From: an uncultured Clostridia bacterium
GTDB taxonomy: Bacteria; Bacillota; Clostridia; Christensenellales; CAG-138
DNA length: 64,000 nucleotides
Reading direction: 5' to 3'
Assembly (NCBI GenBank): GCA_946185305.1
Contig: CAMHJE010000001.1
Coordinates: forward strand, 23,636 to 87,635
The notes beneath the pieces were generated by a model. That model was given only the letters and a program-made list of their open reading frames with translations, was not told the origin of the DNA and did no database searches. Position numbers and translations under genes: made by a program. Shown here in pieces: positions 26,275 to 36,244 of this stretch (position 1 is the stretch's first letter; the number at the start of each line of letters is the position of its first letter).

Positions 26275-26918
26275 AGAAAAAGCCGATGTCCGAAAAGCGC
26301 CTCCGTATTTTGGCGCGGCTCTCGAAAATCACCGATTACCTGCTTGTCGGGCTGCTGTCGTTCGTTATATCGCTGCCTGTCCTCACGCTCGGTGCGGCGG
26401 CCGCCGCGTTTTATGCCGTGGGAAAGCAGCTGCAAAGCGACGAGGGCGGCTCGGCATATCGCACTTACTTTGCGGCGTTCAGGCAATACGGAAAGCGCGC
26501 GACGCTGCTGTGGCTGCCGTTTTTGGGCGTTTTGCTGCTGCTGACGTTCAACGCGCTGTTCTATTGGTACATGGCCGCAAACGATGCGGCGTGGGCGCAG
26601 TTCGGCCTCGGCGTCTGCGCGGCGGTCGCGCTGCTGCTGTCGCTTGCCGGTGCGTTTCTGTTTCCGCTGCTTGTGACAGAGCCGGACAAGGGCGGGCTCG
26701 ACCTTGCCAAGCGTTCGCTGTACCTTGCGGCGCGGGAGCCGCTTTTGTGGGCGGGCAAGACTGCCGTGCAGCTTGCGGCGCTCGCCGCCGTCTGGTTCGT
26801 GCCGTTTCTGATCGTGTTTATCCCCGGTCTGCTGCTTTTTTGGGACACATTTTGTTTTTCCCGTGCCTATGGCAAACGATTTCCGAAAATCAAGGAAGAA
26901 TCGGCAAAACGCGATTGA
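26271..26918 (+). CDS. YesL/DUF624-family membrane protein
   Basis: ITDYLLVGLLSFVISLPVLTLGAAAAAFYAV is a DUF624-like N-terminus. ATGA start/stop overlap with ygjV. Confidence 0.65.
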   Translation: MKKKPMSEKRLRILARLSKITDYLLVGLLSFVISLPVLTLGAAAAAFYAVGKQLQSDEGGSAYRTYFAAFRQYGKRATLLWLPFLGVLLLLTFNALFYWYMAANDAAWAQFGLGVCAAVALLLSLAGAFLFPLLVTEPDKGGLDLAKRSLYLAAREPLLWAGKTAVQLAALAAVWFVPFLIVFIPGLLLFWDTFCFSRAYGKRFPKIKEESAKRD

Positions 26919-26943
26919 CAGACGCCCCTTTTACGTGTAAAAT
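26915..26943 (+). promoter_or_regulatory. Promoter of the 17-gene glycan-utilisation unit
   Basis: TTGACA-17 nt-TAAAAT. The -35 box overlaps the yesL stop codon. Confidence 0.6.
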
Positions 26944-26951
26944 ATACGTTA

Positions 26952-26965
26952 AGAAAACGTTTACT
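26952..26965. promoter_or_regulatory. LacI-type operator, site B
   Basis: agaaaaCGtttact, starting about 2 nt after the predicted +1. Confidence 0.5.
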
Positions 26966-26979
26966 CAAACTTTAGCATG

Positions 26980-26993
26980 AGAAAACGATTACC
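26980..26993. promoter_or_regulatory. LacI-type operator, site C
   Basis: agaaaaCGattacc, centred 28 bp downstream of site B. Confidence 0.5.
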
Positions 26994-27061
26994 TATACAC
27001 AACCGGTCGGAGGGGCATACCCCTTCGGCATTGCGACGGATCACGGCTTGGGACGGTACGT

Positions 27062-29980
27062 ATGAAGAAGAAACAGGGAATGGCTTGGATACTGGCGATC
27101 TGCCTGCTGCTCGGCGAGCTTGTCGGCCTTGTGCCGGTGCCTGCGGCGGCGGACGTCTCCGCGTCCGCAGAACCGAAAGCAGCGGCCACGGCGGCGTATG
27201 CGGCGTATTTGGCGGCGCACGGCGATCCGGCGGCAGCGGCGGCAAACGATACGATCACAATTCCGGCAGCCTCGGTCAACGAGACCGAAGCCTATCTTGC
27301 CGAGTATCAAGGCAAAAGCTCTGTCCTTGTCTGGGACGAGCAGGGCACGGCGTATTCGTGGACGTTCACCGCAAAAACCGCGGGGTACTACCGCCTTGCG
27401 CTGACCTACGCGGGCGTGGCAAACAAACAGTATGATATCACGCTCGACGTGCTGCTGGACGGCGCCGCGCCGTACCCGAACACGCTCGGCGTCAAGCTGC
27501 ATCGTCTGTTCCTCGACGAGACCTACGCCGGCCCCGGCGAGAACGTCTTTTTGCAGAACCTGAACGGCGACGAGATCATGCCCGCGCTGTCCGAGCAGTA
27601 CGCATGGCAGACGCAGTATATTTACGATTCGCAGGGCGCGTATCCCGCGCCGCTGTATTACTGGCTCGACACGGGCGAGCATACGATCACCCTTACCTTA
27701 AAGGACGAAGCCTTTGCGCTCGATGCAATCACCTTTCTGAACCTCCCCAAGGAGCCGACCTACGCCGAAACGCTCACCGCCCATGCAGACGCGGCGGACA
27801 CAAGCGGCGTTCTTCTGACCTATGAGGCCGAAAAAAGCTATCTCAAAAACGACGTGACGCTGTTCGCCACCTACGACACCGCGTACAGCCACGTCACGCC
27901 GGCGAGCGCCGAAAACATTCTCTACAACACCATCGGCAAGAACACATGGAAAAAGGTCGGGCAGATGATCACGTGGGAAATCGACGTGCCCCAGACCGGC
28001 TGGTACTGCGTCGCGTGCAAGGTCAAGCAGTATGACAAGAGCAATGCGTATTCGACGCGCGCGTTCACGATCGACGGCGAGCCGATCTGCGTCGAGGCCG
28101 ACGCGCAAAAGTTCCCGTATAAAACCGGCTGGTACGTGCAGCGGCTCGAAATCGAGGGCGGCGAGCCGATCAAGGTATATCTCGAGGCGGGCCGCCATGT
28201 GCTCGGCATGCGCGCGGTGCTGGACGAGGAGCTGGCAAGCGTGTTGCGCGATGTGAACGGCACCACGGAAAAGCTGCAGGGATGGTACCGCGAAATCATC
28301 AAAATCACCGGCTTCAATGCCGATGCCGAGCGCATCACAATCGACGCCAACCGCGATTTCAGCCTCGAAAAGAACGTGCCGGGTCTGCTCGAGGGTCTTG
28401 CCGCCTGCAAGGCCGAGCTGGACGGCTACTATCAGCGGATCGACGAAATCTCCGAAATCTCCACCGCGAGCGCGTCGATCCTGTCCGAGACCTCGTCGCT
28501 GCTCGGCAAGCTCATCAAGCGCCCCAAAAGGATCGTGCCGCAGATCGAAACGCTGCGTTCGGATATTTCGAGCCTTGCGACATGGGTCATCGACATGCAG
28601 ACGCAGCCGCTGCAGATGGATAAGCTGTATATCTACTCGCCGGACGTGAAAACGCCGCAGGTGGACAACAATATCTTCGTGCAGATCTGGTACCGCTTTT
28701 TGATGTTCCTGCACTCGTTCAAGGGCGGCACGACCGCCGTGACCGGCACCGTGCAGACCGCCGCCGACGCCCCGACGATCCGCGTGTGGATCTCCACCGC
28801 CGACATCACGACCACCGGCGCATCCTCCGGCCGCGATCAGGCGATCATTCTGAAGCGACTGATCGACGAATCCTTCACGGCCTCGACCGGCATCAACGTG
28901 GAGGTCAGCCTCGTTTCCGGCTCCGATACGCTTGTGCAGGCGGTGCTGGCAGGCGAGGGGCCGGATGTGGCGCTGTTCACCTCGACCGATACGCCGGTCA
29001 ACCTTGCGATGCGCGGCGCGGTGCTGGATCTGAGCCGGTTCGACGGTTTTGCCGAAACGACAAAGCAGTTTACCGAAAGCGCGGTCACGCCGTTTTGGTA
29101 TCAGGGCGGGTGCTACGCGTTCCCCGAAACGCAGAATTTCAACGTCCTGTTCTACCGCACCGATATCTACGAGGAATTGGGACTGAAGCCCCCGACGACG
29201 TGGGACGAGTTCTATGAACAGGTGATCTACCTTTCGAACCACAACTACATGGTCGGCGTGCCGCAGAACCAGAACATCTTTGAATCGTTCCTCTACCAGT
29301 CCGGCACAACGTTCTATACGCCCGACTTTTCGGCTTCCACGTTCGACACCGAGGAAGCCTTGGAATCGTTCCAAAGCTGGACGGGGCTGTACACCAAATA
29401 CAGCCTACCGCTGATCTTCGACTTTTTCAATCGCTTCCGGAGCGGCGAAATGGCGCTCGCCATCGAGCCGTATAACCAGGTCAACTACCTCTATTCCGCG
29501 GCGCCGGAGCTGGACGGCCTGTGGCAGATCGCGCCGCTGCCCGCCACGGTGCGCGCCGACGGCACGGTGAGCGGCGTCGAAACCTGCTCGTCCACCGGGT
29601 GCATCGCCTTAAAGGGCACGACCCACCCGGAGGAAGCCTATCAATTCCTGTCGTGGTGGGTATCCGCCAAGACGCAGGGCGATTTCGGCACGCAGGTGGA
29701 GCAGACGCTCGGCGTTGCCGCGCGATACGGCACGGCGAACTTAGAGGCGTTCGAGCGCATCCCGTGGAACCCGGAGCAGGCCGCGGTCATCCGGCAGCAG
29801 CGGCAGAACACCGTCGCGGTCGAGCAGATCCCCGGCAATTACTACATCGCCCGCAACCTCTCGTTTGCGTTCCGCGCGGTCGTGTACAACAAGGCGAACC
29901 TAAGAGAAACGCTCTATAAGTACAATATCGAGATCAATAAAGAACTGGCCCGCAAGCAAAAGGAATTCAGCTATCGGTAA
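27062..29980 (+). CDS. Giant extracellular solute-binding protein: two CBM-like beta-sandwich regions, a helical linker and a family-1 SBP domain
   Basis: Signal or anchor peptide. CBM-like stretches (TAKTAGYYRLALTYAG, QTGWYCVACKVKQ). The C-terminal ~400 aa or so look like a CUT1 sugar SBP (GPDVALFTSTD, PFWYQGGCYAFPET). Confidence 0.7.
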   Translation: MKKKQGMAWILAICLLLGELVGLVPVPAAADVSASAEPKAAATAAYAAYLAAHGDPAAAAANDTITIPAASVNETEAYLAEYQGKSSVLVWDEQGTAYSWTFTAKTAGYYRLALTYAGVANKQYDITLDVLLDGAAPYPNTLGVKLHRLFLDETYAGPGENVFLQNLNGDEIMPALSEQYAWQTQYIYDSQGAYPAPLYYWLDTGEHTITLTLKDEAFALDAITFLNLPKEPTYAETLTAHADAADTSGVLLTYEAEKSYLKNDVTLFATYDTAYSHVTPASAENILYNTIGKNTWKKVGQMITWEIDVPQTGWYCVACKVKQYDKSNAYSTRAFTIDGEPICVEADAQKFPYKTGWYVQRLEIEGGEPIKVYLEAGRHVLGMRAVLDEELASVLRDVNGTTEKLQGWYREIIKITGFNADAERITIDANRDFSLEKNVPGLLEGLAACKAELDGYYQRIDEISEISTASASILSETSSLLGKLIKRPKRIVPQIETLRSDISSLATWVIDMQTQPLQMDKLYIYSPDVKTPQVDNNIFVQIWYRFLMFLHSFKGGTTAVTGTVQTAADAPTIRVWISTADITTTGASSGRDQAIILKRLIDESFTASTGINVEVSLVSGSDTLVQAVLAGEGPDVALFTSTDTPVNLAMRGAVLDLSRFDGFAETTKQFTESAVTPFWYQGGCYAFPETQNFNVLFYRTDIYEELGLKPPTTWDEFYEQVIYLSNHNYMVGVPQNQNIFESFLYQSGTTFYTPDFSASTFDTEEALESFQSWTGLYTKYSLPLIFDFFNRFRSGEMALAIEPYNQVNYLYSAAPELDGLWQIAPLPATVRADGTVSGVETCSSTGCIALKGTTHPEEAYQFLSWWVSAKTQGDFGTQVEQTLGVAARYGTANLEAFERIPWNPEQAAVIRQQRQNTVAVEQIPGNYYIARNLSFAFRAVVYNKANLRETLYKYNIEINKELARKQKEFSYR

Positions 29981-29991
29981 AGGAGGTCGCC

Positions 29992-30912
29992 ATGGGATCC
30001 GATTCGCTGCAAAAGAAAAGACCGGCAAAAGCGCGCGTCTGGTTCCGCAAGCAGGGGCCGAGCCTTGCTTTTCTGGCGCCGTTTACCGTGTTCTTCTTCC
30101 TGTTCACGATCCTGCCGATCATGGCGGCCATCGTGCTCAGCTTCACGTACTTCAACATGGTCAGCACGCCGACGTTCGTGGGTTTCGAGAACTATGTGCG
30201 CCTGTTCTTCGACGACGACGTGTTCTGGATCGCGCTCCGCAATACCGCGATCTTTGCGATGATCACCGGCCCGATCAGCTATGTGCTGTCGTTCTTCGTC
30301 GCGTGGCTGATCAACGAATTCAACCGCACCGTGCGCACGATTTTAACGCTGATCTTCTACCTCCCGTCGCTCGCCGGCAACGTGTATTTTGTTTGGACGT
30401 ACATCTTCTCCGGCGACAGCAACGGCTTTCTGAACAGCATCCTGATCCGGCTCGGCCTGCTTTACGGCCCGATGCAATGGCTGACCGACACCAAGTACAT
30501 GATGGCGGTCGTAATCGTCGTGATCTTGTGGCTGTCGCTCGGCACCGGGTTTCTGTCGTTCGTCGCGGGACTGCAGTCGCTGAACCGCGAGCTGTTCGAG
30601 TCCGCCGCCATCGACGGCATCCCGAACCGCTTTGCCGAGCTTTGGTATATCACCCTGCCGCAGATGGGGCCGCAGCTTTTGTTCGGCGCGGTCATGCAGA
30701 TTTCCACATCGTTCGCCATCGGCTATGAGTGTATGAACCTCACGGGCTTTCCGTCCACCGACTACGCGACGCAGACGCTTGTGCTGCACATCCTCGATTT
30801 CGGACAGGTTCGCTTCGAAATGGGCTATGCCTGCGCGATTGCGGTCGTGCTGTTTGCGCTGATGCTGCTGATGTGGAAGGTCATCAATAAAGTCCTTTCC
30901 AAGTGGTTATAA
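29992..30912 (+). CDS. Carbohydrate ABC transporter permease (MalF/LplB-like)
   Basis: Six TM segments. EAA loop ESAAIDGIPNRFAELWYITLPQMGP. Confidence 0.9.
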   Translation: MGSDSLQKKRPAKARVWFRKQGPSLAFLAPFTVFFFLFTILPIMAAIVLSFTYFNMVSTPTFVGFENYVRLFFDDDVFWIALRNTAIFAMITGPISYVLSFFVAWLINEFNRTVRTILTLIFYLPSLAGNVYFVWTYIFSGDSNGFLNSILIRLGLLYGPMQWLTDTKYMMAVVIVVILWLSLGTGFLSFVAGLQSLNRELFESAAIDGIPNRFAELWYITLPQMGPQLLFGAVMQISTSFAIGYECMNLTGFPSTDYATQTLVLHILDFGQVRFEMGYACAIAVVLFALMLLMWKVINKVLSKWL

Positions 30913-30925
30913 GGGGGTGAAGCGT

Positions 30926-31819
30926 ATGGAATCCGTAACCGTGAAAGCCCCGAAAAAGCGGGAAAAACGTTACCGCCGCGTGACCCTGTCGCGCTCGGTC
31001 GGCGGCACCGTCGCCATCTTCGCGTTCCTCATTCTGATCGGCGCGTTTATGGTGCTGCCGCTTGTGTACGTGCTCGTCACCGCGTTCAAGCCGCTGAATG
31101 AAATTCTGGCATACCCGCCGAAGTTCTTCGTGCAGCATCCGACGCTCGCCAACTTCCGCGACCTGATCGAGATCACGCAGGAAACGTGGGTGCCGTTCGA
31201 ACGGTCGCTGTTCAATTCGCTGATGCTTGCGATCCTCGGCACGTTTGTGTACATCATCATCGCGTCGCTTGCGGCGTACCCGCTGGCGAAGAATCGCTCT
31301 AAATGGGTGTACGTCTATTATCAGGTCGTCGTGCTCGCGATCCTGTTCCGCCCGGAGGTCACAAGGACGCCGCTGTACATCATCATTTCGCGGCTCGGCC
31401 TCATCAATACCTATTGGTCGCTGCTGCTGCCGGTGCTGGCGGGCAGCTTCGGCGTGTTCCTGATGCGCCAGTTCATGATGACGATTCCGGACGAAATGTT
31501 AGAGGCCGCGCGCATCGACGGCGCGAACGAGTTCACGATCTTCTGGCAGTTCATTATGCCGTCGGTCAAGCCCGCATGGATGACGCTGACGATCTTCACG
31601 TTCAAGGATCTGTGGAACACCGGCGAATCGCAGTATATCTACGAGGAAACGCTGAAAACGCTGACCGCGGTCATGCAGTCGATCTCCTCGGCGGGCATTG
31701 CGCGTGCCGGCGCGGGCGCGGTCGTGGCCTTGATCATGATGCTTCCGCCGATCGTCGTGTTCATCATTTCCCAGTCGTCGGTCATCGAAACGATGGCGAC
31801 CTCCGGCATCAAGGGATAA
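30926..31819 (+). CDS. Carbohydrate ABC transporter permease (MalG/LplC-like)
   Basis: EAA loop EAARIDGANEFTIFWQFIMPSVKP. ATG at 30926 has an AAGGGGGTG RBS, whereas the ORF-track start at 30917 is a GTG inside that RBS. Confidence 0.9.
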   Translation: MESVTVKAPKKREKRYRRVTLSRSVGGTVAIFAFLILIGAFMVLPLVYVLVTAFKPLNEILAYPPKFFVQHPTLANFRDLIEITQETWVPFERSLFNSLMLAILGTFVYIIIASLAAYPLAKNRSKWVYVYYQVVVLAILFRPEVTRTPLYIIISRLGLINTYWSLLLPVLAGSFGVFLMRQFMMTIPDEMLEAARIDGANEFTIFWQFIMPSVKPAWMTLTIFTFKDLWNTGESQYIYEETLKTLTAVMQSISSAGIARAGAGAVVALIMMLPPIVVFIISQSSVIETMATSGIKG

Positions 31820-31831
31820 GGGGGTGCGACG

Positions 31832-33271
31832 ATGAAACGGTTACAACGCTTCTTATCCGCGGCGCTTTCGCTGTTCCTTTGTCTGCTGCCGCTTCTTGCG
31901 GTCGCGGACGATTCGGAGGTGCCGTATCAGACCTATACCTATGACCGGTGGAGCAATCCGACGCCGACGCCCAACGCCTATCTGCCCACGCGCAGCATCG
32001 GCGGTGCACAGCTCGGCTGCGGCAACTTCAGCGCCGCGCAGGATCTGTTCTATAACGAGGCGCGGCATGAGATCTACGTGGCCGACTCCGGCAACGCGAG
32101 GATCCTTGTGCTGGACGAGGACTTTACGCTGCTGCGGGAGATCAAGGAATTGAACAACCCCGACGGCGAAGCCTACGCGCTGAAAAACCCGCAGGGGCTT
32201 TTCGTGCAGGACGACGGCACGGCCTATATCTGCGACATGGGCAATCAGCAGGTCGTCGTCGCGGATGAAACCGGGACGCTTGTCCGCATCCTGCCGACGC
32301 CCGTTTCGCCGCTGCTGCCGGAGAACTTCAACTATCTGCCGACCAAGATCGTCGTGGACGAAAACGGCAGAATCTATATCCTCTCGCGCGGCGTGTACCA
32401 AGGGCTGATTTATCTGGAGCCGGACGGGACGTTCATCAAATTCTTCGGCCCCAACGAAGTTGAAATGACGTTCGGGCGGCAGGTGCAAAAGCTCTGGAAG
32501 TCGATCCTGTCCGATCAGGCCGCCGCGTCGATGCAGTCGTTCAACCCGATCGAATACAGCAACCTGTTCCTCAGCGACGAGGGCTACATCTTTGCCACCG
32601 CCGCGGGCAGCGAAAACGGCGCAAGGGTGCTGACGCAGCTGAATCCGCTCGGCATCAATGTACTGAACTGGACGGGCGGCAGCGAAACGCTGCTGTATTC
32701 AGACGCCGTGGAGCGGGACGGCATCATCGTGCTGCTCGATACGAACGGCGGGCATCTGATCCAAACGACCGTGCAGCGCGACGCGGGCCTGTCCATGCAG
32801 ATCACCTTCGGCGGCGTCGGACAGCAGCTCGGCCTGTTCCAAAAGCCGGTTTCGCTTGTCGAGATCGGCGGCAATCTGTACGTGCTCGACGCCGAAAAGA
32901 ATACGATCACCGAGTTCGTGCTGACCGATTTCGGCAGAGAGATTCACGAGGCGATCATGTATTACAACCAAGGGCTGTATACCGAAAGCATCGCGCCGTG
33001 GCAGCAGGTCATCCATCACAACACCAACTATCTGCCCGCGTATTCCGGCCTCGGCAAGGCGTATTATCAGATGCGCGATTATGCGACGGCCATGTACTAC
33101 TTCAAGCTCGCGGGCGACCGGCAGAACTATTCGCTCGCGTTCAAGGAGCAGTCGTTGATCGCCATGCGGCAGGCGTTCCCGTATATTGCGCTCGGGCTTC
33201 TGCTCATGATCGTCGCGTGGGTGATCCTGGGGCGCGTGCTGAAAAAGCGAAAGGAGGCGCGGCATGGATAA
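31832..33271 (+). CDS. Secreted NHL-repeat beta-propeller protein with a TPR-like segment and a C-terminal TM anchor
   Basis: Signal peptide. NHL-type repeats (IYVADSGNARILVLD, AYICDMGNQQVVVAD, LYVLDAEKNTITEF). TPR-like GLGKAYYQMRDYATAMYYFKLA. Terminal TM helix PYIALGLLLMIVAWVILG. Confidence 0.7.
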   Translation: MKRLQRFLSAALSLFLCLLPLLAVADDSEVPYQTYTYDRWSNPTPTPNAYLPTRSIGGAQLGCGNFSAAQDLFYNEARHEIYVADSGNARILVLDEDFTLLREIKELNNPDGEAYALKNPQGLFVQDDGTAYICDMGNQQVVVADETGTLVRILPTPVSPLLPENFNYLPTKIVVDENGRIYILSRGVYQGLIYLEPDGTFIKFFGPNEVEMTFGRQVQKLWKSILSDQAAASMQSFNPIEYSNLFLSDEGYIFATAAGSENGARVLTQLNPLGINVLNWTGGSETLLYSDAVERDGIIVLLDTNGGHLIQTTVQRDAGLSMQITFGGVGQQLGLFQKPVSLVEIGGNLYVLDAEKNTITEFVLTDFGREIHEAIMYYNQGLYTESIAPWQQVIHHNTNYLPAYSGLGKAYYQMRDYATAMYYFKLAGDRQNYSLAFKEQSLIAMRQAFPYIALGLLLMIVAWVILGRVLKKRKEARHG

Positions 33272-33911
33272 GGTAAAATCGCTGCTCCGTGAGGCGGGCG
33301 CAGGCTTTTCGCAATGCTTCTACACGATGTTCCATCCGGTCAACGGCTTCGACCAGGTCAAGTGGGAGAAGAAGGGAAACGTCCTCACCTGCGTGTGCAT
33401 CCTCCTTGCGTTCTTTTTGACCAACGTATTCGAGCAGGTGCTGACCGGGTTCATCTTCAATACCTATAACCCGGATCGCATCTCGGTGCCGTCGATCCTT
33501 CTGATCACGATGGGCGGCTTTGCGATCGCCTACGTCGCCAACTGGGCGGCGGGGTCGCTGCAGTTCTCCGAGGGCGAAGCGCGGGATATTCTGATCGTGC
33601 TGTGCTATACGCTTGTGCCGTATACGATCTTCGCGCTCGCGCATATCTTCTTTACCAACTTTGCCAACGCGGAGCTGAACGCATTTCTGGTCGCGCTGCG
33701 CGTGGTCGGCTACCTTTGGAGCGGCATGATTTTAGTGTTCGGCATGTACTACGTGCATCAGTTCAGCTTCGGCGGACTGGTGCTGAACCTGTTTTTAACC
33801 GTCGTCGGCATCGCGATCATCCTGTTCCTGCTGCTTTTAGGCTATTCACTTGTGCAGCAGATGAGCACGTTTGTCGTGACGATCTACAACGAGATCGCAT
33901 TCCGGCTGTGA
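33264..33911 (+). CDS. Yip1-domain integral membrane protein
   Basis: Five predicted TM helices with Yip1-like topology. The start overlaps the previous gene by 8 nt. Confidence 0.6.
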   Translation: MDKVKSLLREAGAGFSQCFYTMFHPVNGFDQVKWEKKGNVLTCVCILLAFFLTNVFEQVLTGFIFNTYNPDRISVPSILLITMGGFAIAYVANWAAGSLQFSEGEARDILIVLCYTLVPYTIFALAHIFFTNFANAELNAFLVALRVVGYLWSGMILVFGMYYVHQFSFGGLVLNLFLTVVGIAIILFLLLLGYSLVQQMSTFVVTIYNEIAFRL

Positions 33912-33925
33912 GGGAGGGGGACGGC

Positions 33926-36232
33926 ATGAAAAGAACAATGATTTCCCTCCTTGCGGCGCTGCTGCTTTTCAGCACGCTTTTCGGCTGCTCGGCGGCAAGA
34001 CCTGCGGTGCCCGTGCGCGAAACGCATGTGGACGCCACGGCGGGCTTTTCCCCGGCTGCTTCGGAAAACGAGCTGGTCGAGATTTCCCAAAGCGGCCGCT
34101 TCACGCTGTTTGCTAACCTCAAGAACGGCGAGGCGGCGGTGGAGGATCGGCAAAACGGCGTGACGTGGTACACCAACCCGGTCGATAAGTTCGACGACAC
34201 GCTGGCCTCCGGCTATTATAAGAACGCGCTGCTCAGCGCGATCACGGTCGTGTATACGACGGTGCAGAACGTCGAAATGACCTGTGGCGGGTATCTGTCG
34301 AGCGTGCAGAAAAAGGGACTGTATTACCGCATCGAGCCGGACGGCTCCATCGTGTTCCTGTTCGATTTTCCGAACGAGCAGCTTCGTGTGCCGATCCGCT
34401 ATGCGATTACGGACGATCACTTCGAGGCGTCGATCCTCACCGACGGCATTTTGGAATACGGCGCGAATAAGATCAAATCCATCGACCTGTTGCCGTTCTT
34501 CGGTGCGGGCAGCCACGACGAGGACGGGTACATGTTCGTGCCGGACGGCTGCGGCGCTTTGATCCGGTTCAACAACGAACGTCTGACCGCGCGAACCTAT
34601 ACGCAGGGTCTGTACGGCTTCGACAATGGCACGAACGACAAGACGATGGGCGGCGCGGCAATCGCGGGCTACTTCACGCTGTCGCAAAACGCGTATCTGC
34701 CGGTGTTCGGCATCCATAAGAACGACGACGGATTTCTTGCCGTGATCTCGTCCGGCGCGCCGCGCGCGACGCTGAATGCGAACGTCGCGGATAAGTATTC
34801 GTTCTACAACAATGTGTGGACGACGTATTCCTACCGCACGGTCGGCACGGTGCGGCAGACGCAGAAGGACGGCACCGATCAGGTCGTTTCCATCGGGGAA
34901 AAGAACCTCGAAACCTACGCCGACTACACCGTTTCCTACTACTTCCTCGATACCGGCCATGCCGCCTATGCAGACATGGCAAAGCGTTACCGGGACTATC
35001 TGATCGAAAACGAGGGCCTCGCGGTTCGCACGGCGGGCGGCGCGGCGGTGCCGCTGTATCTCGACGTATACGGCTATATCGAAAAGCCCAAATCGCTGCT
35101 CGGCATCCCGGTCGATACCAAGATCACGACCGCGTCGGTCGAGGACGTCGATGCGATGCTCGACGCGCTCCATTCGGACGGCATCGACCGTGTCGTGCTC
35201 AAATACAACTATTGGTCCAAGGACAGCTTCTATCGCAAGCTCCCGACCACCGGCGATACGGACGGCAAGGTCGGCAGCAACGCCGCGATGCTCGCGCTGC
35301 AGACGCGGCTTACCGGAACCGGCGGCGGGCTGTTCCTCGGCGCGGATCTCATGAACGTCTACAAGTCCGGCCGCGGCGTGAACCAGTACCGCGACGCGCT
35401 CCAGTCGGTCGCCAACACCGTGCAGCGGCAGTATGCGTTCCGGCTCGATTCGGCTTTGGTCGATTCGCGCTATGAGCCGTGGTATCTCTTGCGGCTCGGC
35501 GCGGTAAACCGCGTGTTCGGCACGTATGCCGGGAACCTGAAAAAGAACGGCTTTACCGGCGCGGCGCTCGACACGGTCGGCGAGCGTCTCTATTCCGAAC
35601 TCGGCACCGGCGGCACGGGGCGCAATCAGGCACGGGAAATCATGGCGGCGGCGGTGCAGAGCGTGCAGACAACGGCGGGCGGCGTGCTGGTGACCGGCGC
35701 GAACGAATACGCGGCCAACTACGCCTCGCACATCCTCGTCACGCCCGCGGGCAGCAGCGGCTACGACTTGGAGGACGCTGCGATCCCGTTCTATCAGATG
35801 GTGTATCACGGCTGCGTATCGTATTCGATCCGCGCGTCCAACCTGTCGAGCAACCCGCGCGATCTGACGCTCACCTGCCTCGAATACGGCGCGTATCCGC
35901 TGTTTTCACTGATCTGTGAGAATACCGACGAGCTGATCGGCTCGCGGCTGAACAGCCTCTATTCGGCGGACTTTGCGGACTGGCGCGGCTTTATGGCGGC
36001 ACAGTATGCGCAGGTCAACGCGGCGCTTTTGCCGGTGCAGACGGCGTTTGTCACCGGACATGAGATCGTAACGGACACGGTGCGCCGTGTGACGTATGAC
36101 AACGGCGTGACCGTGTATGTCAACTACGGCGACGCGGCTTACGGCATAGACGGCATAACGATTCCGGCGCGCGGCTTTGCGGCGGCGCAGGGCGGCACGG
36201 TCTACGCAAGCGGCACAGCGGTCGGGGACTGA
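33926..36232 (+). CDS. Large lipoprotein of unknown function; I recall this type being annotated DUF5696; possible distant glycosidase-like fold
   Basis: Lipobox LFSTLFGCS at a start with a GGGAGGGGGA RBS. 768 aa with no recognisable catalytic motif. The ORF-track N-terminal extension overlaps the Yip1 gene and was discarded. Confidence 0.55.
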   Translation: MKRTMISLLAALLLFSTLFGCSAARPAVPVRETHVDATAGFSPAASENELVEISQSGRFTLFANLKNGEAAVEDRQNGVTWYTNPVDKFDDTLASGYYKNALLSAITVVYTTVQNVEMTCGGYLSSVQKKGLYYRIEPDGSIVFLFDFPNEQLRVPIRYAITDDHFEASILTDGILEYGANKIKSIDLLPFFGAGSHDEDGYMFVPDGCGALIRFNNERLTARTYTQGLYGFDNGTNDKTMGGAAIAGYFTLSQNAYLPVFGIHKNDDGFLAVISSGAPRATLNANVADKYSFYNNVWTTYSYRTVGTVRQTQKDGTDQVVSIGEKNLETYADYTVSYYFLDTGHAAYADMAKRYRDYLIENEGLAVRTAGGAAVPLYLDVYGYIEKPKSLLGIPVDTKITTASVEDVDAMLDALHSDGIDRVVLKYNYWSKDSFYRKLPTTGDTDGKVGSNAAMLALQTRLTGTGGGLFLGADLMNVYKSGRGVNQYRDALQSVANTVQRQYAFRLDSALVDSRYEPWYLLRLGAVNRVFGTYAGNLKKNGFTGAALDTVGERLYSELGTGGTGRNQAREIMAAAVQSVQTTAGGVLVTGANEYAANYASHILVTPAGSSGYDLEDAAIPFYQMVYHGCVSYSIRASNLSSNPRDLTLTCLEYGAYPLFSLICENTDELIGSRLNSLYSADFADWRGFMAAQYAQVNAALLPVQTAFVTGHEIVTDTVRRVTYDNGVTVYVNYGDAAYGIDGITIPARGFAAAQGGTVYASGTAVGD

Positions 36233-36244
36233 CGGGAGGTGCGT

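Noticed and set aside
25710-26918. 402-aa plus-strand ORF spanning both the ygjV and yesL regions.
   Set aside because: Its first ~190 aa or so are an out-of-frame read-through of ygjV, rich in Arg, Ala and Gly. The genuine DUF624-like sequence begins at the ATG at 26271, which overlaps the ygjV stop (ATGA). The same reasoning removed the N-terminal extensions of the ORFs starting at 33602, 36895, 45618, 54213 and 55797.
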